NCBI RefSeq assembly: GCF_001194135.2
Contig: NC_068994.1
Span: 17,741,546-17,805,545 of the forward strand
Length of the DNA: 64,000 nt
Origin: Octopus bimaculoides
Taxonomy: Eukaryota
Reading direction: 5' to 3'
In this document: piece after piece, positions 11,005 through 24,962 of the stretch
Layout of the letters: every line of letters begins with the position of its first letter
Numbering within the stretch: position 1 is the stretch's first letter
Notes under the pieces: generated by a model
What the model saw: the letters and a program-made list of their open reading frames with translations, nothing else
What the model was told of the DNA's origin: nothing
Database searches by the model: none
Translations under genes and position numbers: made by a program

Positions 11005-12879
11005 GTAGGTATTTTGTATTTAATTCCTATTTGATTAGAAGTGTTTGCTAATGTCCGTCTTTCAACGTAAACATCTCTACATCCTCTGTCTTATGTTGAC
11101 CACTTTAAACGATCTTTACGGTACCATTTAATCAATAATCATAACCTGGTTTAAAAAAAAAAAAAGAATTAGGTGCATTTTATGTCCGTTTTTGCTTTGT
11201 CAGCTCTTGCCATCTTATGCTACATTTATTTATTGATACAAATAATTCAGTGGGTTGAAAAAATCGTTTCACTAACGCTAATTATCAAAATTAAAAAAAA
11301 AAAAATTAAATTCAAGTATGGGAAATCTCCATGATTTCAGTCCGTACATTTAAATATTCATGAATAACTATGTTTAAAAATAAGAATTCCAACTGTCAGC
11401 AATTTTATTTCTCTTTTTTGTATCTGTCTGATTCACTTTGTCTTCTTGATTCATTTCTTCCAGTGCAATTTAGTTGCATTATCCGAAGGGATTTTTGTTT
11501 TTGGCGGCAAATTCCGCAGCATAATTAAGGATTTGTGCGCTAAAAGCTCCTATCAACGAACCAATTAATATTTCACTCGACCATTGTATTTTAATTATTC
11601 TACAAGTAAAGACAATAGATGTCACATTGGATAAATCAAAGAAAAAAATTATTAGATTAGGTTCTGTATGGTGGTCGGAACTTCTTGCCACATGTGGTAG
11701 CGTTAATGAGACAAGCAAAAATATAACAATCCTCTGCAAATTTAGCATTATTTATAATTCAGTAAATTTTAGATTGGATATAAAAGTTTGGATTTAAAAT
11801 TAATGTGTTTATTTCTATGTGGATCAGAGTGATGAATAAATAAGAGAAGAAAAAAGAACGGATTAATGTGAAAGCGTGGTTGGTGTCCAGCTGTTTGGTT
11901 ATCGATGGGTTAAATGAAATAGAAAAAAATGTAAATCATTATCCTGATGGAAGACAATAATATCAATAATGTAATAATCTATATCGCGACTTAAAAAATA
12001 AATAATTAGAAATAATATATATATGATGTTATTAGTCATAATTTCTCGCAGACGTCTTCTCTCTACCATCGGCTCAAACTAGTTAGCCAACGTGACATTG
12101 TTATCTCTTCTTCCTATCGATATTCCTTCCAACATGGCTTTTCGTTGTCTCAATGTGTTCGAACTGATTAGTTGGAGTATTCTTTCAGTATGTCATGCTT
12201 TGTTAATTAGTGTATCAAAGTTTTAGCATTATAGAATGAATGCTCCAGTTTGTTTTACACGTATTTCAAATTAGTTCTACCAACATCTCTTGCTTAGTCG
12301 AACTGTTGTTGGTGGCGAAGATAAATAATACTATGGGGCGTCATCTGCATGAAATACAGTAGCTAAACGAATCTTGTCAACATCTGCACACATTCTATTT
12401 ATTTATCTACTTACTACATCTATGATAGTGTTTACACTGATGTGACGATCCATACATTTTGCTTGCTCGCATGTGGTCAGGACTATTTAAGTTGACTAAC
12501 GTTTCAATGTTCCTTATAAAATGTCAATGACCTACGATGCTCAGTTATGACTGACACCTGTATGACTTCAAGCCTGCGACACCATCATAAAGATAACGAA
12601 AATTAATGTTATATGGTGGTGGTCACGGTGGTTATGTGGTTTTGTCTTAGGGTTGATATCTTTTTACCAGGCAAGTTCTATCCCACTTTCAAACTCCGTC
12701 ACTGATTTTGAGTTCACCTTATTTTACTGGAGACTGTTCTCAGTTATTCACAACTCTCAAAACGGAATGTTTCCTTTTGTTTAGTCGCACTTGTTGCCTC
12801 CTTGTAATTTATTCACATTTTACGAGCTTCGTCGTAGGTTCTTTCTTGCTCTTAAAACTATATAATGTATACGCTTGAT

Positions 12880-13530
12880 TTTTCTATAGACAACGGTGTA
12901 TGTAAAACCACTTTCCTCAGTCGTTCTGCAAATGAAAGATTCTCTTAATATCGAACCAAGTTTTGTATCGCCTCGTTGTACATTTTCTATCATTTTGATG
13001 TAGGTACCAGATATGATTTATGTGTATTCCAAGTGAAGCCTCACCCAAATGGTGCAAATCCCAATAGCTTGTCTTTATTTTATGTGTCTATTGCTCTCCA
13101 AACTTCTGTTTGTTGTCTATCTTCACTTCCAGATCAGCAGTAATTTTCTATGTTCCCAGCCTCATTCAAGTCCTGTGGTATTTGACTTCAGTCTCTTCTT
13201 TCACAAATGTTTTTGAATATTTTCGTTTTATCTCCGTAGAAGAATATCTCACTGTTTATTAATCACTTTGGACAGGTCATTGACATATATAACAAAGAAT
13301 CAAGCACCCACACATACTACACCCCGACTACTTCCCCCATCAGCAACAACTCTTTGTTTCTGGTTTGTCAAGAATGTTTCAATCTATCCAAGAATATCAC
13401 CAACTTTTCAGCCGCTGTCCACTTATCATTTAGTTGTAGCATGATCGATCTGTTGGATATGAAACCAAATTGTTTATCTCTAAATTGAGATAAACATCGT
13501 CATCGTCTTAAGAAGATAAAACTTCTTACG
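12880..13530 (-). pseudogene. Decayed CR1/L2-like RT fragment
   Basis: Reverse strand near 13270-13310 reads ...FVIYVNDLS (RT domain 4 to 5 region). Confidence 0.45.
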
Positions 13531-14149
13531 ATTCAAACTTAGTTAATTAAGTTGCTAAATTTACTGTAGCAGAAATAATGTCTCAAAATGAAAGGCCCAT
13601 AGCATATCTTAATTATACATTTGGCAGGACTCTAGAGAAATATTCTAATATTGAATGCAAATTCTCTACAGTGGTATCATATATTAAAAAATCTTGATGT
13701 CTTCAAGTGAGCCTCTCTGTGAATTACTTAGGCCCTTATCTTAATATTGTTTCAAAATCATTCACTTGCCTGCTGAAATTGTCAGTTATATTTATGCTCT
13801 TGTATGGCGCAGTTCTCTTTACATTCTGATATATGTAATGATGAATTAATTTTTACAGGTGCTTATGTAGATGAAGACATCAAAAATCATTTTAACGTAT
13901 GTACTCATTATGTTAGCTTAAAGAATCTTATTGCCAGAATTAGACCAATGTTTTTGAAAAAGGAGTTTGTCAAATGACTATGCTAAAATGAGATTTAAAA
14001 CTATTTCTTGTACTGATAAGTGGCACAAATCACAGCTTTGAGAAAGGTTACTTATGAACAGGAGATACAGTGAAGATGCTGGGCACTTGTTGATCTTGAA
14101 GGTATTTTATGTCCTAGCTAAAAAAACATAAGCAAGTGCCTATTTCCTA

Positions 14150-14870
14150 TCTAGATTTGGCATTCCACCAAACTTCATTCAGTTAAAGGACTGGTCCAAC
14201 CAAATTTATTGCAAGAAAATTAAAAGTCCTACCTACAAACCAAAATTTAATGGTGCAGCAGAATTGGGCGAACAATTAAGTCTGCATTAAAAGATTATAA
14301 ATCCATCAGTTGGAGAGTTTGATGAGTGTCTGCGAAAGGTTCTTGTTAGTCATCATAGCGTAAATGGTGCACCTAATAATGTAGGCAAGTTTTGTCAGTT
14401 GAAATATTACTTGTCAGAATAGCAGTAAACCTTTTATGAGGTTGGGCAAATGATTCATTACAAGAATAATGTAATGAAATTTCTTGTAGGATGTACATTA
14501 TTTGATTTATGCTGACCAGAACATGACCAAGATTGAACAGCTCAGTTAGTGTCAACTGAATAACTAGATCTGAAATATTCTTCCTCAAGCACATCTTGCT
14601 AAATATGGTTATCTGGCTGATGATATCAACCAGATCTCTTGTAGAGCTACCACTTGGTCTCGTGGTCTCTTGTAGCACTGTTTTTAACTGGTCAGCAACA
14701 TTAGTTTTTCCAATTACTACTGCTAATATTCAATATCTAAAACTACCCATTCTGCCAAATCATGCTAATCCTCACAGTAATTTAACATGTCATACACCCC
14801 ACCACCACCACATTAAAGCTACTGAATCACAATGGTTAATTCAGAAGTTACAAAATATATATTGACTTAC
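14150..14870 (+). pseudogene. Highly decayed Gypsy-like integrase fragment
   Basis: NGAAE-like motif near 14250 and C-terminal resemblance to 48600-49330; many stops. Confidence 0.35.
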
Positions 14871-15689
14871 ATAATTTATCGTTCATGGTTGAAATAATGT
14901 TATATTTTATAGTATTCTATTATTAATATGTAAATGTTTTTGGTTGACATTTGCACACTATCTACCCAGGCTGTGATAACATTGTTATGCTAATGTGGTA
15001 GTGTTGCATATATTTTGTATATCTGCATTCAAACTAAGGTGACTGCCAATTTGATTTTTAAAATAGTTATATGCTTTGGCATGGTTTCTACAGCTGGATG
15101 TTCTTCCTAATATCAACCACTTTTCAGAGTGTACTGGCTGCTTTTTATGTGGTACCATCAATCTAATTAAAGTGATAATTATTCACTAAGTACCAAACTT
15201 TTTATTCTTTTCAAAATTAATTGGAACATGAGCATTGTATTTCCATAGAAATTTGGTCACAATAGGGTTGAACTTTGTTATTGCAGCTTACATTATTCCT
15301 ACCCTGTGAGGCTTGTTTTTAGTTAGGTAGACTGAGAGATGACGAACTCATGCAATACTAGTCTCTGATCATTTGGTATGCTATTAATTTGGCCTTCTGC
15401 ACTTTATTTGTATTGGCTGTCTGGTTTGGGTGATATTGTCATGTTCTAGTCTGCTGATAATATGACTGGGTTTTTGTGGGTAGGCGGGCATGTCATTTCT
15501 GGAGCAATGGTGACTTGAAATTAATTTAGATCATTAATAACATGCTTCTATTATATCTATGCAGCCTATGATACTTTATAATTAGGTTTCATTGTAGAAG
15601 TGATATATGAATATGTATGTGTAGATTGCTACAGTTTTATTTCAAATAGTTTGTAGTTTTTGAGATTTGCATTTTTGATGAGTGTGCAT

Positions 15690-16350
15690 GCAAGGCAACA
15701 TCCATCAGCATTCTCGGAACTCCCAACCATCTTCTCCATGCCATGTTCTGCTTCTGCTCAATAATTTCTACATGAGATAACGCAGCTTCATATACTGTAA
15801 GCGACCAAAGCAGTCCTGGTAGTAGGCCAAACTGACAGCACCACAACTTGAAATGCCCAGGCAGTGTCGACCTGTCAACCGCCCTGATCCCATCGTCTGC
15901 CTGCCGCTGGCTCTCAATCCCGCAATGGATGTCTATCATGCTGGCAGAGTACCATCTTCCCAGGCTCTTCACCAGCTCATTGCATACAGTTGGTATCTTC
16001 TCTCCAGCAACCCCGAAGTAGATTTGTTGCAGCTTTCCTGCTTGCAAGGACAGGTTCCAACTCTTCTTTAGTTTGAATCTCATTTGTGCCCATTGGACCA
16101 GCTCATCCAGCCACTGCAAACCGTCAACCGTCTTTTTATGCATTGGGCATAGGATCATCAGGTCATCCGTGAAGGCACAGACTAGTATTCTTTCACCTAT
16201 GTCATTAACCATGCCCTCGAGGTGTGGAATTGCAGATCTTGTAACAACTTCCATCACAATGACAAAGATCAGTGGCGAAATGGTGCACCCCATTAGTATG
16301 CCCACTTCAAGCTTTTGCCACTCTGTCGTAAGCTTCCGTGTCGTAAAGTG
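15690..16350 (-). pseudogene. Non-LTR retrotransposon RT fragment, HERO/R2-superfamily-like
   Basis: GILMGCTISPLIF, AFTDDL, WAQMRFKLKKS, VKSLGRWY, LPGHFKLWCCQFGLLP motifs in ORF 15637-16461. Confidence 0.65.
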
Positions 16351-17852
16351 CATCTGGCAGAATTTGAACTCAGAATGTAAAGACTGACAAAATACCGCTA
16401 AGCAATTCACCTGGCGTGCTAACGATTCTGTTATCCAAAAGAAGTTGAATGGCTGAGTCAATTCATTACATTATTTGCATACAGTTGAAAGGTCAAACCT
16501 GATGCAGGTGTTTTATTGTATTTCTTGGTAAAACACTATTCTTCTTTTAGTCTCAATACCTTTGGTTACCAGGAATAGGTACCAAGTCATTTTTTTAATG
16601 TCACATGCATTAGACCACAATATTCTCTCCAGAGACATTTATGTTTTATTTATTTCTCATCATAAAATTTAAGCTAGGAAAAAATGTATCTCTCTATGTT
16701 TTTCGTACTGCTGACACAATTAATCTCAGTGGCTAGCAGGTCTATTATTTGCCAAGTTATTAATGCATGTTGCTGTTTTATTTTAGTGAAATTAGCCTTG
16801 ATTTCATAGCTAGTTCTGTTGTCACTAAAAAGTTATGGGCATCAAGTCAAATACCCCCTAATTACTTGACAACCACCTATCACCCCTAAAAAAAAATCTA
16901 GCATCTGCAGTAGCCAGTCCAATGCATACTATCACCTAGGTTGCGAACCACTGCTATAGATTATCTCCTATTTGATTTTTAACAACTGGTACTCCATTGG
17001 TTAGGATCTGATGAATGGTACAGCTTGCTTGTGGAATTAATGTGCAAGCAGCTGAGCACTCCACAGGCATGCGTGCCCTTAACAGTTCTCAGGGAGATTC
17101 ACCGTGACACAGAATGTGACAAGGCAGACCCTTTGAAATACAGGTACAACTCATTTTTGACGGCTGAGTGGACTGAAACAACATGAAATAAAGTGTCTTG
17201 TTCAAGAGACACATGCCACCAGGAAACAAACTCATGACCTTACAATTGTGAGCTGAGTACCCCTCACAACTAAGCCACATGGCTTTGCTCCCATTTGATT
17301 ACGTTCGGAAGAATTACATAATCCTTTTTGAGATTTTATCTTCATGTCCTACAGAAGAAAAATCATATCTTATAACACTCCCCAAGAAGTGAATTTGTCT
17401 TCAATATCAACCAAGTGATGAATGAGCTGTCAAGGGACCCTCTACTTTATTGCTTAACTTACTTAAATGACTGTCAAGTCTCCCTTGAATCACGCCCTAC
17501 CATCTTTAAAAGAATGGGTGCATTAGACAATGTATTAAATGTACAAATTCATGGCTGAAATGCTTTTGACCAGCCATGTCCAGCCAAAATATTCTTCCTA
17601 TTTCAAGTTCAAACTAGCCAGATCCAGCCTCTCACACCTACCCTACAATGTTAGTCTAAAAAAATATAGTCGTATATTCAAAATCTCAAAGCTACAAGAT
17701 AATGCAAGATAAATTCAAAACAACGTGAATAAACAAACATTACATTTAAATGCTAAAGGGTTAATCATATGTTGGCTCAATCAGTGTTGACTTCAGGTTA
17801 GACAACAAGAACATCAAGTGTGAAATAATAAGTCTTTCTATTTCTTTTTCAG

Positions 17853-18101
17853 GGCAAAGGATTATTTGCATGCCAAGCATTCAAGAAAGGGGACCAGATT
17901 TTTGAAGAAGTTCCTTTGGTATGCTCCCAGTTTTTATGGAATGAATTCTACAAATATGAGGCTTGTGAGTTTTGCCTCAAGTCTTTGGAGACTGCTGAAA
18001 ATATGGCCAGGCGCCTTACCTCGATTTCCACCTTGGAATTGCCCCAAAAGCAGAATTGCACAGTAAGACCAGATCAATATACCTGCTGTCCACATTGTCA
18101 G
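17853..18101 (+). CDS. SMYD5: SMYD5 exon 2 (N-SET GKGLFA motif and first half of MYND finger)
   Basis: ttttcAG|GGC; translates GKGLFACQAFKKGDQIFEEVPLVCSQFLWNEFYKYEACEFCLKSLE...CCPHCQ; donor CAG|GTAAAA; 249 nt. Confidence 0.95.
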
Positions 18102-18576
18102 GTAAAAGCAGCTTTTCTCATTAAATTTATTCATCTCCAGAAACTTCTCAAAATATTTACCTATTACCTCAAAATTAAAGTAAACCTTTTGGTGTGTATT
18201 TCGTATAGATTAGATACACTTTGTTGTTTCATGTAAATTGAATTCTATAAGGCTGTTACTGTTCATATCAATAGGATGGAGGCTTATCAACCTAGAAATA
18301 ATCAGTTTGTATCCTAGCACTCTTTCAGTCACTCTATCCACCTTACTGTAGAACAGTAGGGAGCAATTTTGCTAGTGCTGAGCTTTAAATCCAAAAGGTT
18401 GGAGAAAGCAACACCTTACAAAATCCTTTCTTAAATCACTGTAGAATAAGTTCACTCTAAATATTTTCAAGAATTTTAAATTGTAAGTGATTTATATATA
18501 NNNNNNNNNNNNNNNNNNNNNNNTATATATATATATATATATAATATATATATAATATATATATATACACATACAT

Positions 18577-18608
<32 letters not shown>

Positions 18609-19929
18609 GTATGTATGTATGTGTATATATATATATATATCTTATTAATGTTTATGTTGTATAATTTTTTTAAAAAACACATTAAAATTAAATCCGAAGT
18701 TTTTCTAATGATAATTATCGAAGTCTTGATTTCTTTTTTGTAAGAACATCTTTAAACAGGTGTATTGCGGGTATTTCTGAATAATGTAGAAATACAAATT
18801 GAAGTAATCAAGTTTGACATTAAGCACTTTATTTTCAAGTTTAATGGTTTAATGCTATTCCCACTTCTAGTTGAAAGCATATGTTAGTTTCTCAAAGAGT
18901 ATAACTATGTGTAAATTATATATGTATATCAATAGATATGTTAAAAAAAAAAACATGCACATGCTCACCCACATAATTAGAGGGAAATATTATACAGAAA
19001 TATAGTGTTGATAGGGGGCCCAGGTTATTAAATTGATATCTCACAACATTTGTCCCATATTCTAATATGACTGTATGTGATATAAATATGTATTGTGAAA
19101 TCAGAATTTACAGCAATTATTTTCTTGTGTTTTTGAAGAGGAAGCAGGAATCTGTGCTTCTATTTTACCTGTCTGTTGGGAATTGCTATCAAACCCAACA
19201 ATATTTTTATGCTTGATGTTGTTTATGATGGGGAACCACTTCAGTCTATCTTTCTGTAAAGGAAGCATGTACGCAATTCCAAGAGTCATCTTTTACTCAA
19301 TAATGAAAAAAACAGACAGGAATTATAAATTTATGCATTGCTTCAGCTTTAAGATGTTTTATGACTTATTCATCAATTTGGTAGAGAACTTTCCTAGAAG
19401 TTTTAACCACTGGGTATTAAGTTGGAAATTAATCATTACAGTGTGATTAATTAGGAATTATCTCCACCTTATTTTAGATTTAGTTCTTTCTAAGCTGTTT
19501 AATTAGCCTCTTTACGTATAATCAGGGTCTTATCTGCTGCATAAATATTTATCTAAGCATTTTCATTGTTTAACAGCACATGTTCATAATAAGAAAGATT
19601 TGTTCTGAATATATTGAAGTATTTCTGCTTTGGATATGAAATATAGAATAAAATGGGTTTCACATTAGTTGTTGTAAAGTAGAGTGTCAACTCATAGATG
19701 TATGACAAAGTCTTTTATACTGTTAACTCTAAAGAAAAGTACAAGACATTTTTAATTATTATTTTACAGCCAATTTCTCCATGTTTGTGTAAGCGGGATG
19801 GTTTTTGTTGTTGGAGTGACTTTTTACAGTTAGATACCTTTGCTACTACTAACCAATCAACTGCAAACGTCAGCTGATACGTTTGATGTGTAACTAATCT
19901 CTCAGCTAACTTGTACAGGTTAATATTAA

Positions 19930-20141
19930 CCCTTTAGCGTTTAAACCAGCCATATCTGGCTCAAATGTTTTATATCCAAACTGGCCAGATCTAGCTTCTC
20001 ACACCTGTCTTACAATTTTATTCTAAAAAATAAACAATCAAATCATCAAAATGTTGAAGCTCTAAGATAATGCATGATTAATTCCAAACAATGTGAATAG
20101 ATAATCATTACATTTGACAGGATAATCTGAATGCTAAAGGG
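19930..20141. mobile_element. piggyBac-type MITE family P1
   Basis: TTAA|CCCTTTAGC...GCTAAAGGG|TTAA. Confidence 0.9.
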
Positions 20142-20804
20142 TTAAACCTCCAATAGATCAAACTATCAAACTCAATTTCCCTCCAGCCTGTGTTGATCAT
20201 TCCATACTCAATATCAACATCTCACTGTTGTGCAGCACCGTATGTTTTACCTGTAATGCAGTGTCTTTTGCATGAAGAGAGGAATTCTTTGTTGCCAACA
20301 GAAGCAATAACTACATAATCTTTTCTTCTCCCTTTACTCACCCAAAGTAGTGTGATTTTGTTACGTTCATCCTCTGTGCTCATTAATTTACCTGGGTAAG
20401 AACTGTGTTTAAGGAGTGTCTGAGAGGTTTGTGATTTTTCATTGCATGGGTGTGCTCCTACTACTACTAACTTCTAATGTACACATATTACATCTGAAGT
20501 TATGGTTCTTTTATAAGCCTATCAATTATCTCTACTCTTGCCATTGTGTTTCTATTTATTTTTGCCATATCAGGCAAAGCCCCCTTCCAGATAAGTCTTG
20601 TTCATTGTTTTCTCTCTTAACGATTAACCATTTAAGGATTTGAACTCTTTTGTTTGGAACATTTTTCTCTAACTCTTTAATTTATATAAGTCCTAAAAGA
20701 ATTGGTTTAACATGTTGCAACTTCATTAACTTGAATTAGAAAATGGTAGTTTGAATGCTAAATTCTTCACTAAATTCATTGCAGACCCTAAACTTGCTAC
20801 AGGA

Positions 20805-22365
20805 TGTAGGGTGGGGTGGGGCATAATGGGTCAATTTTTTTCCAAAGTTTTTTTAAAATGTCAAATAAAAGCCAAAATGTAATAGTTAACATGGATTTAT
20901 AATCTCAAAAAGTGTATCATGATTATGAGGCAATTTTGAATACTCATCATAAATACATAGTTATATTTGAAATATAGTAAAAACCTGAAATTTCAATATT
21001 TGGTGGGGCATAATGGGTTATCCACATATAGAATGAAATGCAGAGTAGTATTTGGATAAAAATATGACAAATATGCAGGAGTGGCTGTGTGGTATGTAGC
21101 TTGCTTACCAACCACATGGTTCTGGGTTCAATCCCACTGCGTGACACCTTGGACAAGTGTCTTCTACTATAGCATTGGGCCGACTAAAGCCTTGTGAGTG
21201 GATTTGGTAGATGGAAACTGAAAGAAGCCCATCGTATATATATATATATATGTATGTGTGTTTGTGTATCTGTGTTTGTCCCCCCACCATCGCTTGACAA
21301 CCGATGCTGGTGTGTTTACGTCCCTGTAACTTAGCGGTTNNNNNNNNNNCCACCATCGCTTGACAACCGATGCTGGTGTGTTTACGTCCCTGTAACTTAG
21401 CGGTTTGGCAAAAGAGACCAATAGAATAAGTACTAGGCTTACAAAGAATAAGTCCTGGAGTCGATTTGTTCGACTAAAGGTGGTGCTCCAGCATGGCCGC
21501 AGTCAAATGACTGAAACAAGTAAAAGAGAATGTTGGAAACAATCAATAAAGAAACATATGAGAGACATCCGAGTGTCCCTCAATCTTCATCAAAATTTTA
21601 AAATGACAACCATGTTTACTGAACAATAATCATAATAAAGTCCTCCATTTGGCACAGATAAAGCTGTACACTTCTTGCAGAAGAAATCTTGGTTAACATC
21701 TGTTCCCTTTGGAATCTGCTTAGAACAGACATCCTAACAAAGGTCACACAGCAGCCCAACTTCATTCTTCCTGCCTTTGTATCTGTTCCAGAATCTTTTT
21801 CAGATGGAGCTCTCAGCATCATCTGCCTCCAAATCATCTGCACTAGTGATGGTTACCATCACTATTGTCACACTTTGTACTAGCTGTTTTCTGCCATTTT
21901 GGAGCAAGTGACCCTCCTTCCATTTTTTTCACTTTTAGACTTTAGTTGCTTCGTTAGTGCATTTTTTGCTGCACACTCTTCTCTTTTCCTCTTGGAATAA
22001 CAATACAATCACCTGCCCCTTTATCCTGTGTAAATAACAAGTTACATGAAACAGCGCTGCCATAACACTTTCAGATACTGGCACATATTTGACTTCTTTA
22101 ATTTGTCTTTTCTTCTATTTATAGAAGCCTATGGTGCTATATTTTAAGTAACCTATTATACTCCACCCCCACAAACTAACAAGTAACTCATTATGCCCCA
22201 CTTTTGAATTTCAGTGTTTCCAAGGATAATTCCTTTATCCAACATAACATGGGCAAAGGAGATACTCTGAACATATCTCTAGTACAAAAAGTCCAAATCT
22301 GCAGTACATCCTGGAATGGGTAGAAACTAATGAAAATCTGACAAATGACCCATTACGCCCCACTT
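20805..22365. mobile_element. Non-autonomous DNA element with nested inverted repeats (pogo/Tc1-like IR/DR ends)
   Basis: GTGGGGCATAATGGG at ~20817 and 21003; inverse CCCATTACGCCCCAC ~22349 and CTCATTATGCCCCAC ~22187. Confidence 0.55.
21072..21528 (+). mobile_element. SINE family A inserted in a pogo-like DNA element
   Basis: Homologous to 830-1240; N gap inside. Confidence 0.85.
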
Positions 22366-23211
22366 ATGTGTGCACTCACAAGTCATTTATCTGTACCTAG
22401 TTTCCTTAGTAGTCAGCAGACAAGAGACTGAGTGGCTTAATTAAACACCTTCTTTTGATTGTCAAATGCAAAATATAATTGTTATTCACTAAGTATGTAC
22501 AAACATACATAGTATCTAATAGAGTTTAGCCACTTTATTCCGAACTTTGTTAAAGCTTTCTCAACTACTTATTAGGTTTGATTCATTAATTTGAAGCTTC
22601 TGTAATTACCCTTCTCTAGTTTTTCTCTTCCCTTTGTAGTCGTTGACAAAGATAACATCCTTGTTATTGGAGATAGCATTTTGCTGATGGTTGACCTAGT
22701 AACTTAGAAAACATCTAATCCTTCCTATTAGAACATAAATGAATCTCCTGTCCTCAGATTTCTTCCTGGCTTGAAAGACTTGGTACCTTGTATAATATCT
22801 TGATATCATGCATTCCTACTCCCTTTCATCTATTCCTTGCAGACCTTTCACTGAGCTCTTATAGCCCTAGCCATTATTATTTCACTATGTTGCCTGCTGC
22901 CTAGCTGGGAACCTTGCTCTATTCATAGATGTAGTCAGTAGCATACAGTTGATTACTCTTTAGGAATATCAAATCATCCTTGGTTATAATTCTCTAGTTT
23001 ATATTCCCAATCATTTCTTTTTCTTTTTTTTTTTTTTGAAATTTTTTAGCTAACTGGAAGGTCTTTGAGAACTTTGTTACCTTCTTTTTTTTTACTTGTC
23101 TGTTGCTTCAGATCCAGGCTGATTTTGTACTGACCAATAAGTAAATCTGGCTGATGATGTAAACACTAAATTTTCCTCTAATCAGGAATGTATGTCTCAG
23201 TATAAATTAGT

Positions 23212-23510
23212 GCTACAACGACAAGGGTTCCAGTTGATCTGATCAACGGAACAACTTGCTTGTCAAATTAACGTGAAAGTGGCTGAGCACTCCACAGACA
23301 CGTGTACCCTTAACATAGTTCACTGGGAACTTCAGTGTGACACAGAATGTGACAAGGCTGGCCCTTTTGAAATACTACTCATTTTTGCCAGTTGAGTGGA
23401 CTGGAGTAATGTGAATAAAGCATCTTGCTCAAGGACACTGTGTCACCGGGAATTGAACTCACGACCTCATGATTGTGAGCTGAATGCCCTAACCACTAAG
23501 CCACGCACCT
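23212..23510 (-). mobile_element. SINE family C-related, older shorter variant (also 16985-17285 minus, 42255-42550 plus, 59490-59808 plus)
   Basis: Shares the GAGAACTACGTTAAGGGTACACGTGTCTGTGGAGTGCTCAGCCAC block and tail. Confidence 0.75.
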
Positions 23511-23921
23511 TAATTTTTAATGACAATGGTGAGAGATTTGGTTGCAATTTTTAGCAGGTTGAGTAACTATTTAGAGGCCTCTTTCCTTTTATTAATTGGA
23601 ATGAGGAGAGATAATGCTAACAGGTGTTTAGATATATCAGTTCCTCGGTAGAAAATTAGGTTAATTAGATGAGCTAAGTTGTCTATCAAAACCAAGTGAG
23701 GCACTAAAATCATGAAAGTAATTAGATTTATAGAGAACAATAGCAGAATGACAATGTTTTAATGATAGGAATTATGCATATTCACACAGGAGACAATATA
23801 CCATATTGTTATAAGAGGATCACAACACCATTCCATAGGATTCAAAATAAACTTCTAACCATGATATCATTAAATTTATATAATGTCTTACATTTACTCC
23901 TTTATATTTTTTATATCATGT

Positions 23922-24312
23922 TGTTGTTGTTGTTGGCACTCCGTCGTTTACGACGTCGAGGGTTCCAGTTGATCCAATCAACGGAACAGCCTGCTCGTGA
24001 AATTAATGTGCAAGTGGCTGAGCACTCCACAGACACGTGCACCCTTAATGTAGTTCTCAGGGATATTCAGCGTGACACAGTGTAACAAGGCTGACCCTTT
24101 GAATTACAGGCACGGCAGAAACAAGAAGTAAGAGTGAGAGAAAGTTGTGGTGAAAGAGTACAGCAGGGTTCGCCACCATCCCCTGCCGGAGCCTCATGGA
24201 GCTTTAGGTGTTATCGCTCAATAAACACTCACAACGCCCGGTCTGGGAATCGAAACCGCGATCCTATGACCGCGAGTCCGCTGCTCTAACCACTGGGCCA
24301 TTGTGCTTCCAC
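23922..24312 (-). mobile_element. SINE family C, young copy with 10-bp TSD
   Basis: Reverse complement is roughly 90-93% identical (by eye) to 35318-35701; TSD TATATCATGT at 23912-21 and 24313-22. Confidence 0.9.
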
Positions 24313-24719
24313 TATATCATGTATATATTATATTTATTTTGAAGTTAATAACAGAAAAATCTATCTAGTCCTCTGTAAGGTTAATTGAGATAAAAATCTG
24401 TAAAATCTCACATAATATTTTCTCTTTAATGTAATGATTACTTATTATATTAATCTTGTTGTTAATTAATTATTGCCTACAGCTAAGAACTGTTGCCTTA
24501 GGCATATATGTTACTAGATTTAACATGTGTTTGTGTGTACATCACGTTTATCCTGTGGATATTGACCTACAAGAGTTCAGACTGCGTATCAATCTCAGCA
24601 GCATATGAAGTTCTGTCAAGGTCATTGACACTGCTCATCTCCCATCTCTACATAACTTACACAACCCATTGGATCATAACATTGTTTTGTTTTATGACAT
24701 AAATGTCCTACATTTACAC

Positions 24720-24962
24720 CAGTCGTTCTCAGCCAGAATCCATATGACCCTCGGTTGGGGCGGGGTCTGTATAAAAAAATGAATTGCTTATACTTCTACG
24801 ATACACAAGATATTTTAACAAATTTTTAAATACAATTTCTAATCATATTTGATTATAAAAATATAATAGAATTTTTTTGAACAGCAAATAGCTATGGTGG
24901 TCCAGTAGAGTAAAATAACAATCAAAAGGGTTCATAGGTAAAAAAATGGTTGAGAAACACTG
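24720..24962. mobile_element. hAT MITE
   Basis: TIR CAGTCGTTCTCAGCC / GGTTGAGAAACACTG; perfect TSD ATTTACAC. Confidence 0.88.
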
